From an uncultured Bacteroidota bacterium (GTDB taxonomy: Bacteria; Bacteroidota; Bacteroidia; Bacteroidales; WCHB1-69), in assembly GCA_902796805.1 (NCBI GenBank), contig CADBQG010000040.1, positions 50-64,049 of the forward strand: 64,000 nt of DNA, read 5' to 3'. Positions 21,701 to 29,585 of the stretch are shown piece by piece. The notes beneath the pieces are model-generated. The model did not search any database and had not been told where the DNA came from. It saw only the letters and a program-made list of their open reading frames with translations. How positions within the stretch are numbered: the stretch's first letter is position 1; every line of letters begins with the position of its first letter. The translations under genes were made by a program, and so were the position numbers.

Positions 21701-23017
21701 CTTCTCATAGTTTGTCCCGGATTTGAGTCCCAGCGACTGCATGTTGCCAGAGACGTTGGCAATGTTCCTTATGAGGGAACTGTCGGCATACATCACAAGA
21801 TTGTTGATGTAGTTGTCGGGATATTGTCCTCCAGGATATGAGGGATTGTACGACAGATTGGGAAATTCAGGATCATGCTCACCCAAGTCGGTGAAAGCCA
21901 CAATGTTGCGGTTATTTGTGGTGGCCGCTCCAACAGTCGTGCGCCACACCTCTATCTTTGTGATGACTATAGGAGAACTAACTAAGGGAAGGGTGCTGAG
22001 ATATTGGTTGTAATGCTGTTGGAAGAACTGTCCGAGGAAGAAGTGCTTGTTTTCCTCGTATTCGTCGGCCCTGAAATAGAAGTCGTTCTCCTCGGCGCCG
22101 CCGGTAACAGTCATGGTCTGCATCGTGCTCTTCTTGCTTGAGGCGACTGCCGATACAAGCAGGTTTCCGAATTTGAGTTGGGTCTTGACACCGAAAAGAC
22201 TCTGGCTGCCGGTTATGAGCGTGCTATTCAGAGGAAAGGTTATATTACCAAACTCAATAAGCTGGAGAATGTCGTCCTCCTTGCCGTTGTATTTGAGTTT
22301 CAGCTGATCGGAGTTGGTAGTTATGGCAAGCTGATCGGAGGTTGAGTAGTTGAGATTGAACTCGATCTTCTCACCGATTTTGGCCAGGAGGCTAAGTTGG
22401 ATATCCTCGTCGAAGTCAAGTTGAAGATGCCTGCGCTGCTTTTCCGGGAGGAACTTGTTGTCGGTCATGGTGTATTTTGCACCAATCTTCAGGCCAACGT
22501 TACCGGAAGGCCGTATGTCGATGGTGTTGCTGCCGAAGATTCCCTCGAAAATGTCGCCTCCGACATGCAGCTGCGGTATCAGACCTCCTCCCCTTCTCGA
22601 ACTTCCGGAACTTCCTATGCTCCTGCTCTGGTTATGCCAGTAGTTGTCGATACTCTGCTTCAGGTCGTAGTCGATAAACTCATTGATGTTCATGTTCGCG
22701 CCTGGGCCAAAAGGGGTGCTACCAGTCATGTACTGGAAATTGTAGGTGTTTGTAACTGGATCGTAGATTATGGACTGTCCTATTCCGGGAGGGTTTTTCA
22801 GGAAAAACGGATTGGCCGGATCGGGATTGAGCGGGTTGATATCGGGATTCGGAACACCCGGCAATGTAGAATCGGGAGGGAAGACCGGATACGAAAGCTC
22901 CACTCTCGTTGGAAGCGCCCTGCGCACAGGCACAGTCGCTGCCGCCTGCACAACAACCCAGAATCCTGACATAATCGCCAGGAACGCAAAGATATATCTG
23001 TAATGTCTGATTTTCAA
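15785..23017 (-). CDS. sprA: T9SS translocon protein SprA (Sov family)
   Basis: 2410-aa ORF with signal peptide and a beta-rich, aromatic/Gly/Asn-rich composition throughout. Size and N-terminal blocks fit SprA. The window also holds gldD and a T9SS-CTD cargo. Confidence 0.85.
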   Translation of the reverse strand: MKIRHYRYIFAFLAIMSGFWVVVQAAATVPVRRALPTRVELSYPVFPPDSTLPGVPNPDINPLNPDPANPFFLKNPPGIGQSIIYDPVTNTYNFQYMTGSTPFGPGANMNINEFIDYDLKQSIDNYWHNQSRSIGSSGSSRRGGGLIPQLHVGGDIFEGIFGSNTIDIRPSGNVGLKIGAKYTMTDNKFLPEKQRRHLQLDFDEDIQLSLLAKIGEKIEFNLNYSTSDQLAITTNSDQLKLKYNGKEDDILQLIEFGNITFPLNSTLITGSQSLFGVKTQLKFGNLLVSAVASSKKSTMQTMTVTGGAEENDFYFRADEYEENKHFFLGQFFQQHYNQYLSTLPLVSSPIVITKIEVWRTTVGAATTNNRNIVAFTDLGEHDPEFPNLSYNPSYPGGQYPDNYINNLVMYADSSLIRNIANVSGNMQSLGLKSGTNYEKVESARLLNPNEYTLNTKLGFISLNSALASDQVLAVAFQYTVIGDTNVYQVGEFSNEVATPNCIRVKLLKSSTLNTKSPLWKLMMKNVYSLSAYQVAKEKFRLNILYTGDAEGTPNGFFTQGAQKGIPLIRLMGMDRLNQQLDPSPDGIFDFIDAAATNGGTINSTNGRIYFPTVEPFGKDLRAVIDEPELADKYAFDSLYTMTKTMAQQITNKNKFYIEGSYRSSYGSEFHFTGGGAVKAIKVTAGGTVLTENVDYTVNLDMGVVTIINQSVLASGTPIQITSEGENQYETTKRMFGVNLDYLFSPNFTVGATLLNLREQPYTNKVNYGDEPINNLIWGMNFAYKTELPFLTKAVDLLSFHKTTTKSYLNIDGEFAHFIPGHNKAIGKSGSTYIDNFESAKSTVDLSSRSSWVLASTPQGQPDLFPEAMSVSSSASQRRQLAYGFNRARLAWYIIESSFYNGGSSVPSNISKDDLSQPYARAVYEPELFPYKDIPTTSLSTLMSVFNIAFYPEERGPYNYDVDGSEGFSRGLNEDGTLRDPETRWGGIMRKFDNTDFESSNYEYIEFWMMDPFIDNPNHKGGKLYFNLGDISEDILRDGRKFFENGLPANGNDENVDFTVWGRVPNTQLIVNAFDQDENARLNQDVGYDGLPTSRETDFFREVYLDRVAAAFGPGSQAYMNAVNDPSADNYHYFRGSDYDQADVKINDRYKYYNNSEGNSPDGSQVTENYPTGESNLPNMEDMNNDNTLSEDERYYQYVIELSPDRMNVGENYINDIYVGHPSPLPNGSRPETKWYQFRIPVHNPDKIVNNMSGFNSIRFMRVFMKDFEEPIICRLATFELVRSDWRTYNMSLREDGDYLPNQDDGGCSFYVGTVSIEENGNRVPIPYMLPPGIVRETAYGMTAQTYQENEQSATLKVVDLPDGDSRAVYKSTSYDFRQFNNLQMFIHAEDVFSSGDLKKGDVTAFVRLGSDFKENYYEYEIPIEITPWSCGRDTSAIWPAANRLYITLDSLVSLKQERNRAVRQGYHPNNFIPYFREDGENRMTVVGNPNLGDVTTIMIGVRNPKKRSQYDNDDMNPKSVELWINELRLNGFDDRQGFAALLRARTNIADVGDLSVSTTYSTPGFGSLEQSITQRTHETNFNLDIATNIDGGKLLFPERWNIKIPVHYDYSLGVVQPEYNPLNPDVKMRDELAEYTSAKQRDSLRFLTNTVTKRQNVNLMNVRKERDFSKGNVKMRPWDVENLDFSYSYSELVQRNEDLELNNEYIHNGEIGYTFSTNPKNYKPFARAKWTSNKWLQLIRDFNITPMPKNISFRTTIHRDMQQFKYRPKSQGNIIIDTNYVKSFDWTRNYAFNWDIFQSLKLEFKANASARIDEPEGRIDTRLEKDSVWRCIGKGGRTTDYRQNFSATYQIPINKIPLFKFVNANVRYNSTYMFTASALSLAYLGNTVQNSQQIQGNASLNLVTLYNSVPYLKKVNQGGGTAQRNDRNSRSDDDKKKKSKDDRNKSKNDSLDRPQVGKMILDGTLRLLMSVRNVSANFSQGRGTVLPGYMHSATLVGHTKESSGPGFLFMFGGQPDIQAIGARNGWLTTDSLMNSAYQRTKNQVINFRATVEPFRDFRIEVSANRNFTENFSEYFHVDKAGNVSHYTPQRSGNFSMSYCALGTFFKNHDELFNDFRSARAELAAKYASKNPNYNGNINPETGFPDGYSALSQDVLMGAFFTTYMNKNPQKADLSSPFLKIPLPNWRLNYNGLTKLKGMNKVFQTFSLIHSYTCNYTIGGYATNVSYKEKDGHPDGRNVLGDFIPAHELSQMALTEQFSPFIGFDMTLKNSMLLKVEYKQTRNIALSFTNAQLTESNTREVSVSAGYRFKDIKIGLVFSGTKRQFVSDLNLTAGFGLKDNTTTLRKISEEMSEVTAGATNMTINIAADYQFSRMVGIKFYYDQTINNPKKSNQYKNMNFETGVQLQLMLSQ

Positions 23018-23032
23018 ATGTCCTCTTTTTTG

Positions 23033-23623
23033 TTACAACAATTTCAATGCCTTCTTAATTAGTTCTTCAACAGAGAGTTGCATCCCTTCGGCCTTTATTA
23101 TCTTGTCCAACACCGACTCCGCTCCGGCTTTGGGGAATCCCAACGCAACCAAAGCAGATAACGCCTCATATTTGTTATTATTGTATGCCACGTTAATTTT
23201 TGCCTGTTCAGACCATGAGGCTTTCCTGGCCTTGTCCTTCAGCTCGATGACCACCCTCTGTGCCGTCTTCGCGCCGATGCCTTTGACGGACTGTATTGCC
23301 TTGGTGTCCTCGGCGGATATCGCGCCTATAACCTCGCCCACACTCATCGACGAAAGTATCAGCCGTGAGGTGTTCGGGCCAATTCCGTTCACTGTGAGCA
23401 GCAGCTTGAAGAGCTCGCGCTCCTCTTCCGTGGAGAATCCATATAATACCTGCGAGTCCTCCTTCACTATGAAATGAGTGAGAAGACTTACGCTCTCCTT
23501 GTCCTTTATGTCCGAAAACGTGGCCAGGGAGATGTTTATATAATACCCCACTCCGCCGGCGGTTTCCACCACGACGTATGCGGGATTGATCTCTGTTACT
23601 TTTCCAACTATGTGATTTATCAT
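23033..23623 (-). CDS. ruvA: Holliday junction DNA helicase subunit RuvA
   Basis: 196 aa. N-terminus MINHIVGKV; helix-hairpin-helix repeats VNGIGPNTSRLIL and VKGIGAKTAQRVV. Confidence 0.92.
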   Translation of the reverse strand: MINHIVGKVTEINPAYVVVETAGGVGYYINISLATFSDIKDKESVSLLTHFIVKEDSQVLYGFSTEEERELFKLLLTVNGIGPNTSRLILSSMSVGEVIGAISAEDTKAIQSVKGIGAKTAQRVVIELKDKARKASWSEQAKINVAYNNNKYEALSALVALGFPKAGAESVLDKIIKAEGMQLSVEELIKKALKLL

Positions 23624-23646
23624 AATCTATGCAAAAAAACAAACCG

Positions 23647-23654
23647 CAAAGATA
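23647..23654 (-). promoter_or_regulatory. -7 box TATCTTTG for ruvA (and possibly the ruvA-sprA unit)
   Basis: The plus strand reads caaagata, 24 nt upstream of the ruvA ATG. Confidence 0.5.
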
Positions 23655-23674
23655 CAAAATTTGCCGCTATCATG

Positions 23675-25738
23675 TCATTCATAAAATCGTTCGCCTGTAA
23701 CACACACCGGAATCCCTCTGCCAACACAGTAATCACGCCACATATCAGCATTGTGCCGGCTGTTGGAACCATCAACCACCACCTCCTTGAAGACCGCAGT
23801 CACGGCCAACTCTTCGGGCTTGATCCATGGATTCCCCCGTATAATGACACAGTCGGTCTCCAAACCCTCTATCCCAGAATACTCTCTCTTAAACTCCTTG
23901 TCCACAATCATATATCTCTTTCCCATGAACGCTACGTGTCGTTCCCTCTTCACAAGCGGCCCATCGGTGTATTCCAGAGTGTCGAGGCCAACCACCACCG
24001 GCTCGAGGAGTCGTTTTCTTACATGTGCACGTATGTTGTACTCATACCTCCTGTCGCTTACACATTTAACGGAGTCGCTTAATATGTAGCACTTCCCGCC
24101 GGCGAAGAAGCCAAGCGCGGTACTCCCCCTTATGTGATATGCGGTGAAACCTTCCTGACTTGCGCGAACCGCCTTCTTTACCGGAAAAGACAAACTGAAA
24201 ACCGAAAGGAAAACACACGCTGACACCAAGGCAAGCCTCTTTTTTCTGTGAATGTACGAACATACGCAACCGACGGTTGCATAGAGTACAACAACCTGGA
24301 ACACAGTGTAGTCTATGTTTTCCGTCACCGAAAACGGAAGACGCTCAATGAATGTTATTATCGCGTTCATCACCCTTATCTCTGCCGTGAGCAAGCGTGA
24401 GAGCAGCCGTCCCGCCACGGGGAGCATTGAGAACGGCAGCAGCAGAACTCCTGTAACCACAACCACGAAAGAAAGTGCCATCACGCACAGGTTGGAAAGC
24501 ATGAAATAGTTGGGAAACTGCGAGAAATAATAGATTGCTATTGGTGAAGTTCCAATCTGGGCTGCGACCGACACGGTCAACAACTCCCAGAAATATTTCG
24601 CAACCTTTGTCTTGAACTTAAAAATCCCTGATATTTTAGGCTGGAAAAGCACAATTCCGAAGACGGCGAGATAGCTGAGCTGGAAGCCCGTCTCGAACAG
24701 CAGCAGCGGGTTGTGAACGAGGAGGATGAACAACGATGCGAACAGGCTGTGGAACACGTCGGTGTTCCTCCTGAGCGCCTGCCCGGCGGCCACGAACGTG
24801 AACATCGCAGCCGCACGCGTCACCGAAGGTGCAAGCCCTGTGACATGAGCGTATGCCCAGACCACAGCAGTTGTAACCACAGACTTGAAAATCCTCGTCG
24901 TTACCGAATAGTCCAAAGGCTTCAGCAGGAAGTTTATTATCATGAATATTATGCCGACATGCATCCCTGACACACACAGGATGTGGCTGACACCTGCGGA
25001 GGAATACGACTTCTTCAAATCCGGATCCAGTGTGTCGTCATCGCCAAGTAGTATCGCCTTCAGTATGCCCAACTCGTCGCCTGTCATGCCGGCCGACTCA
25101 TACAACGACACACACCGCCGGCGCGTCTCATTCGCGATTTCTAGGATTCTGCTTTCTGGGGAATGCCCCATTTTCTCGAATCCTTCCTCCCTGACGAAGC
25201 CTGTGAAACAGACACCGCGTCGCTTCATGTACCCTGCATAGTTGAACGCTTCAGGATTGTGGGGTTGCTCTATGCGCTCGAGACGCGCGCGGACTGTAAC
25301 CACATCGCCATAGGCCAGCTTTCTCGCTTTCTCTCCGGGCTTGAAATACAGCAATGCACGTCCCTTTCTCTCCGCACTGTCGCCGGCAAACAGGATTTCC
25401 GCCTCGAATCTCTCGCTCTTCTCGCCCTGAGTTCCTCCTGACATAAGACGCACCACAAAGTCGCCCTCAAAGCCACACTCTCCGGCAAAGGATGTATATT
25501 TCCGGTACGTCTGCACCATACCAATCGCAACAAAAGCTGCCATGACAAGCAGTAACTGCACAGATTCGAGTCTGTACGACTTGAACGATGAGACAATGAA
25601 AGCCGCCGCGACGAAAACGACTGCGGAAAACAAGATGACACTGCCGTCAGTTTTCTGAAAGTCAAACTTATACGCTATCACAATCCCAATAATATAGGGA
25701 AGCAACACCTTAATGACCGGATAGTTGTCGTACTTCAT
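23675..25738 (-). CDS. comEC: ComEC/Rec2-family DNA internalisation channel protein
   Basis: Polytopic membrane protein. Competence-domain block (SSAGVSHILCVSGMHVGII...GFQLSYLAV). Start chosen at MKYDNYPVIKVLL; the track start at 25780 is 14 codons upstream. The C-terminal domain lacks an obvious HxHxDH motif. Confidence 0.8.
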   Translation of the reverse strand: MKYDNYPVIKVLLPYIIGIVIAYKFDFQKTDGSVILFSAVVFVAAAFIVSSFKSYRLESVQLLLVMAAFVAIGMVQTYRKYTSFAGECGFEGDFVVRLMSGGTQGEKSERFEAEILFAGDSAERKGRALLYFKPGEKARKLAYGDVVTVRARLERIEQPHNPEAFNYAGYMKRRGVCFTGFVREEGFEKMGHSPESRILEIANETRRRCVSLYESAGMTGDELGILKAILLGDDDTLDPDLKKSYSSAGVSHILCVSGMHVGIIFMIINFLLKPLDYSVTTRIFKSVVTTAVVWAYAHVTGLAPSVTRAAAMFTFVAAGQALRRNTDVFHSLFASLFILLVHNPLLLFETGFQLSYLAVFGIVLFQPKISGIFKFKTKVAKYFWELLTVSVAAQIGTSPIAIYYFSQFPNYFMLSNLCVMALSFVVVVTGVLLLPFSMLPVAGRLLSRLLTAEIRVMNAIITFIERLPFSVTENIDYTVFQVVVLYATVGCVCSYIHRKKRLALVSACVFLSVFSLSFPVKKAVRASQEGFTAYHIRGSTALGFFAGGKCYILSDSVKCVSDRRYEYNIRAHVRKRLLEPVVVGLDTLEYTDGPLVKRERHVAFMGKRYMIVDKEFKREYSGIEGLETDCVIIRGNPWIKPEELAVTAVFKEVVVDGSNSRHNADMWRDYCVGRGIPVCVTGERFYE

Positions 25739-25973
25739 AATATTCTGTTTTTCATGTATATGACGGTCTGTGAAGACCATGCATAGACTGGTTTGTTTTC
25801 ATCTTGCAAAATTACAAATTTTTTAATTTCTCATAATCATATTTTTGTTTTTTTTGAAATAAAATATAGAGAACGACGATGTCGGGGAGACTTTTCCAAA
25901 ACAAATTATCAATGGAATGTGTTATTCAATAATTATCCCTGCAATTAGGACACTGATGGTTCGCTGGAAATAC

Positions 25974-25981
25974 TATCTTTG
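25974..25981 (+). promoter_or_regulatory. -7 box TATCTTTG for the 25999 lipoprotein gene
   Basis: TAnnTTTG match 18 nt upstream of the ATG. Confidence 0.45.
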
Positions 25982-25998
25982 CAGAAAAATGAAAACCG

Positions 25999-26613
25999 AT
26001 GAAAAAAACAGCAATACTTTGCTTCTTGACCGTGTTTTCAACGTTGCTTTGCAGTTGCAAACACAACGGCCACAAGGATATTGCCGATGCAGTTGCACAC
26101 CAACTTGAAACTTATCCGCAGTCAACACTTCAGGACGTCTATAAAAGTTTCTACCAGGAGCATTTCGGACCGGAACACATGATTGCAGACACGGCTTCCG
26201 CACGGCAATATCTCTTGCGCGAGCTTGCAGAAAACAACTGTCTGTCAGATACTTACTATGAAAACACTGGTAGCAGCGGCAAGTATGTGCGCGTCTTCCT
26301 TGCCGCCGTGAAGGACAGTCTCATAACAGCCGACCAACTGTTCGGGGCATTCGTCAGAAGCGCCAACGCGCAGCCCGGACCTGAATCGCCATGGAGCGAA
26401 AGATGGACTGGCATTTCCACGGCCATGGAAAAGTCGGGACTTATGGCAGATGACTTCAAAAACGACAAGCCTGTTTTGGAGGAGGCCGCGAGGAACAACC
26501 AGGCGGTACACCACAGCCGGAGGTACAACGAAAACTACCATCCGCACTACCGGATTGTGGAACGCAGCATTTTCGAGCGCGAACTGAAACCATTTCTCGA
26601 GAAAAAACATTAA
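25999..26613 (+). CDS. Lipoprotein, unknown function
   Basis: 204 aa. MKKTAILCFLTVFSTLLCSC signal/lipobox. I recognise no motif. Confidence 0.6.
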   Translation: MKKTAILCFLTVFSTLLCSCKHNGHKDIADAVAHQLETYPQSTLQDVYKSFYQEHFGPEHMIADTASARQYLLRELAENNCLSDTYYENTGSSGKYVRVFLAAVKDSLITADQLFGAFVRSANAQPGPESPWSERWTGISTAMEKSGLMADDFKNDKPVLEEAARNNQAVHHSRRYNENYHPHYRIVERSIFERELKPFLEKKH

Positions 26614-26631
26614 AGCATAAAACGGAATAAT

Positions 26632-27075
26632 ATGAACAGCACAATATCAACGGACAACCAGCAGAACCACGTGCTTTTCTCGCACGAACTGCCGTTCTTT
26701 CCCGACGACGGCCAGATAATCTACGTGGAAGACAAACCTTGCCTTGAGACACGGGGATACATCGAACAGAACCTCGGCACAATACAAGAGATGTTCCGCC
26801 AACGAGGCTACGAGTTCATTTATCCTCCCGAGCTTGAAAAGGTGCAGGCTGAAATCCTGAACTACATGTTCCCGTACCAGCACACCACTGCCGACAGGTA
26901 CGACATGCCGGCCATCACCAACGACATCATGAGGCAGAACCTCGTGGATGGCGGCTTCAACACCCCGGCTCTGCTCCACTACCGGAAAGTGAGTCCAAAA
27001 GCAATACCCGCCAACAGGAAGACCGAACAAGATAATGCCCACTGGGAATGGTTGGTGAAAGTGGGGCTGGCATAA
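26632..27075 (+). CDS. Hypothetical protein (possibly the 5' part of a disrupted gene)
   Basis: 147 aa, ending at TAA 27073. The same frame reopens after a second stop (TGA 27091). Confidence 0.45.
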   Translation: MNSTISTDNQQNHVLFSHELPFFPDDGQIIYVEDKPCLETRGYIEQNLGTIQEMFRQRGYEFIYPPELEKVQAEILNYMFPYQHTTADRYDMPAITNDIMRQNLVDGGFNTPALLHYRKVSPKAIPANRKTEQDNAHWEWLVKVGLA

Positions 27076-27288
27076 GAGGTTCCGCCCGAATGATATGAAA
27101 ACTACTACTTCTCCTACCGCAGCCTGACTGACACCTCCGGACAGTCACTCGAAGAATATTTCACGTTCTACTCAAGACATCTCACCAAAGGATTCCTGGG
27201 CGACGCTTACTACCTCGCCCACCCGAAATTCAAGGATTATGGCGACGACACGTCAGATTACTTCTTCGAGACTTCCTCGAAAGACCTG

Positions 27289-27807
27289 ATGAAGGAAGTG
27301 AGGGACCGTATTATTGAACTGCGGCGGCGCGGCGTGCATGAGTACCAGCTGCGCGAACTCATGGAGGCTGAACCAACACTCAGCAGGATTGTGATAACCA
27401 AAGACTTCCGCATCATTCTGCCCGACTACAACGACACGGAAATTGTAATGACACCGCTGCCGAAAGCCGTTTTCATGCTCTTCCTCCGGCATCCGGAAGG
27501 CATCCCTTTCAAACTGATGCGCAACTACAGGGATGAACTCCTCTACCTCTACAAGCAGGTCACCCGCAGCCTGTTCGACCGCAAAATAAAGCAGAGCATC
27601 GACGATGTCACAGACCCCACAAAAAACTCAATAAACGAAAAGTGCGCCCGCATCCGCGAGGCCTTCTTAGTCAGGTTCGACGAATTCTACGCAAAGCACT
27701 ATTTCATCACCGGGAAGCGCGGCGAGCCTAAAGGCATCTCTCTACCTCCGGAAAAAATAGTCTGGGAGGTGTCGCTCGACAAATTTCCGCCCGCACAGCA
27801 GCGCTGA
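27289..27807 (+). CDS. Hypothetical protein (possibly the 3' part of a disrupted gene)
   Basis: 172 aa from the first ATG, but the frame is open from 27094 with no ATG for 65 codons. Contains the block TPLPKAVFMLFLRHPEGIPFKLMRNYRDELLYLY. Confidence 0.45.
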   Translation: MKEVRDRIIELRRRGVHEYQLRELMEAEPTLSRIVITKDFRIILPDYNDTEIVMTPLPKAVFMLFLRHPEGIPFKLMRNYRDELLYLYKQVTRSLFDRKIKQSIDDVTDPTKNSINEKCARIREAFLVRFDEFYAKHYFITGKRGEPKGISLPPEKIVWEVSLDKFPPAQQR

Positions 27808-27862
27808 CATGCCATGATGTCCTGCAGTTTGATTGCATTCGGGCGGGTTAACGATTTTTGAG

Positions 27863-27870
27863 TATCTTTG
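27863..27870 (+). promoter_or_regulatory. -7 box TATCTTTG for the FAD-protein gene
   Basis: Lies 30 nt upstream of the ATG at 27900 and inside the longer track ORF, which argues for the shorter start. Confidence 0.5.
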
Positions 27871-27899
27871 CAGTTTGTAGTTCAAAAATCAGCCAATCA

Positions 27900-29468
27900 A
27901 TGACAACACTCAGGCTTTCAAACATAAAGGTTCCGGCCGGAAACGAGAAAAACGTCAAGAACTTCGTCTGCAAACAATTCAGGATCAAGACAGAAGACCT
28001 CAAGGGATTCCGCATAACCAGGCATTCCATCGACGCAAGGAAAAAAAACAACATCATAAGTCTTTTCCAGGTGGAGGTTACTCTGCCCGACGAGTACGCC
28101 AGGCTACTTGGACAGCCGGATGTGTCGCCCGGCGAGGAGAGAGCGGGTTTGGAATATCCGAAGTGGCAGGGCAGTCTCAGGCCTGTGGTTGTGGGTTTCG
28201 GTCCGGCTGGGATGTTCGCCGCGCTGTACCTTGCCCGCTGCGGTGCCAATCCTGTGATACTCGAGCGGGGCGAGAGGATTGAGGAGAGACAGAAGGCCGT
28301 CAGGCTGTTTTTAGAAACCAGGACTCTCAACCCCGAATCAAACGTGCAGTTCGGCGAGGGGGGCGCGGGCACCTTCTCCGACGGCAAGCTCAACACCAAC
28401 GTCAACGGGCCGTACAACACATTCGTTATCGACGAACTCCACAAGCATGGCGCCCCGGAGGAAATCACATACAGGCAAAACCCTCATGTCGGCACCGACT
28501 ACCTCGCGAAGGTTGTAAAGAACATCCGTGTGGAGATAGAGTCGCTTGGCGGCGAGTTCCACTTCGGCACAGCCTTCAGCTCTTTCGAGTCCGATGGCGG
28601 AAAGCTGACGATTCATTGCAACGACGGCTCTTCCTTCAACACCGGCCATCTCATATTGGGGACCGGCCATTCGGCGCGCGACACGATAAGGATGCTCCAC
28701 GCAAGGGGAATGCTCATGGAGGCCAAGGCCTTCTCCATAGGAGTGCGCATGGAGCATCTCCAGCGCGACATAAACTGGATGCAGCACGGAAACTCCGCGC
28801 ATCTGCTTCCGCCCGCCTCCTACAAGGGCGCGGTGCATGTCAAGGGCAGGGGCGTGTACACGTTCTGCATGTGTCCGGGCGGGACCGTCATGGCGTCGGC
28901 AAGCGAGGAAGGGACAATCGTAACCAACGGCATGAGCGAGTTCAAGCGCGACAAGCCCAATGCCAACAGCGCACTGTTGGTCAGCGTGTTGCCCGAAGAT
29001 TTCGTCAGGGGTTCGGTACTCGATGGCATCGACTACCAGGAGAAGTACGAGAGGATGGCTTTCGGCATCTCCGGCGACGGCCGTGCACCCTGCAACCTCG
29101 TGGGCGAGTTCCTCAACAACCAGGTGGCCGCACGCTACAGGAAAGTGGTCCCATCTTACCCTCATGGGGTGAAGTACTGCGACCTCGGGAAATGCCTGCC
29201 CGACTTCGCCACCGGCGCCCTGAGAGAGGCTCTGCCAATACTCAACAGGAAACTCCACGGCATTGCCAACGTCGACACAGTGCTCACCGGCGTGGAGACT
29301 CGCTCGTCGTCGCCGGTGCGCATGATCCGCAACGAGGAGAGGGTGTCCTCAATACCGGGCATCTACCCCGTGGGCGAGGGTGCCGGCTACGCTGGCGGCA
29401 TCATGAGCGCCGCCATCGACGGACTCAAGACGGCCATCTCAATCTGCAACAGCAAAAAACTGCCTTGA
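27900..29468 (+). CDS. FAD-dependent oxidoreductase (COG2509-like NAD(FAD)-utilising dehydrogenase)
   Basis: Dinucleotide fold VVVGFGPAGMFAAL. About 520 aa, with the N-terminal small domain typical of this family. C-terminal GEGAGYAGGIMSAAIDG. Confidence 0.75.
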   Translation: MTTLRLSNIKVPAGNEKNVKNFVCKQFRIKTEDLKGFRITRHSIDARKKNNIISLFQVEVTLPDEYARLLGQPDVSPGEERAGLEYPKWQGSLRPVVVGFGPAGMFAALYLARCGANPVILERGERIEERQKAVRLFLETRTLNPESNVQFGEGGAGTFSDGKLNTNVNGPYNTFVIDELHKHGAPEEITYRQNPHVGTDYLAKVVKNIRVEIESLGGEFHFGTAFSSFESDGGKLTIHCNDGSSFNTGHLILGTGHSARDTIRMLHARGMLMEAKAFSIGVRMEHLQRDINWMQHGNSAHLLPPASYKGAVHVKGRGVYTFCMCPGGTVMASASEEGTIVTNGMSEFKRDKPNANSALLVSVLPEDFVRGSVLDGIDYQEKYERMAFGISGDGRAPCNLVGEFLNNQVAARYRKVVPSYPHGVKYCDLGKCLPDFATGALREALPILNRKLHGIANVDTVLTGVETRSSSPVRMIRNEERVSSIPGIYPVGEGAGYAGGIMSAAIDGLKTAISICNSKKLP

Positions 29469-29504
29469 AGGTCTTTTTTTGCCCGGCATTTAAATTTAAA
29501 ATAG

Positions 29505-29512
29505 TATCTTTG
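29505..29512 (+). promoter_or_regulatory. -7 box TATCTTTG for corA
   Basis: TAnnTTTG match 74 nt upstream of the ATG. Confidence 0.45.
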
Positions 29513-29585
29513 CCGCTAATTGTAAACTTGCGACCAAGATGTAGCATTTTTTGTCTAATCCATTTAAAGAAAGGAGGTTGTTTCT

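Noticed and set aside
27073-27093. Stop-codon reassignment or programmed read-through as the explanation for the two in-frame stops (TAA, TGA).
   Set aside because: Well-supported genes in the same window terminate with TAA and TGA at positions matching expected protein lengths (for example rpoD and purE end in TGA), so the standard code applies. Two different stop codons within 21 nt argue for decay or a genuine gene boundary.
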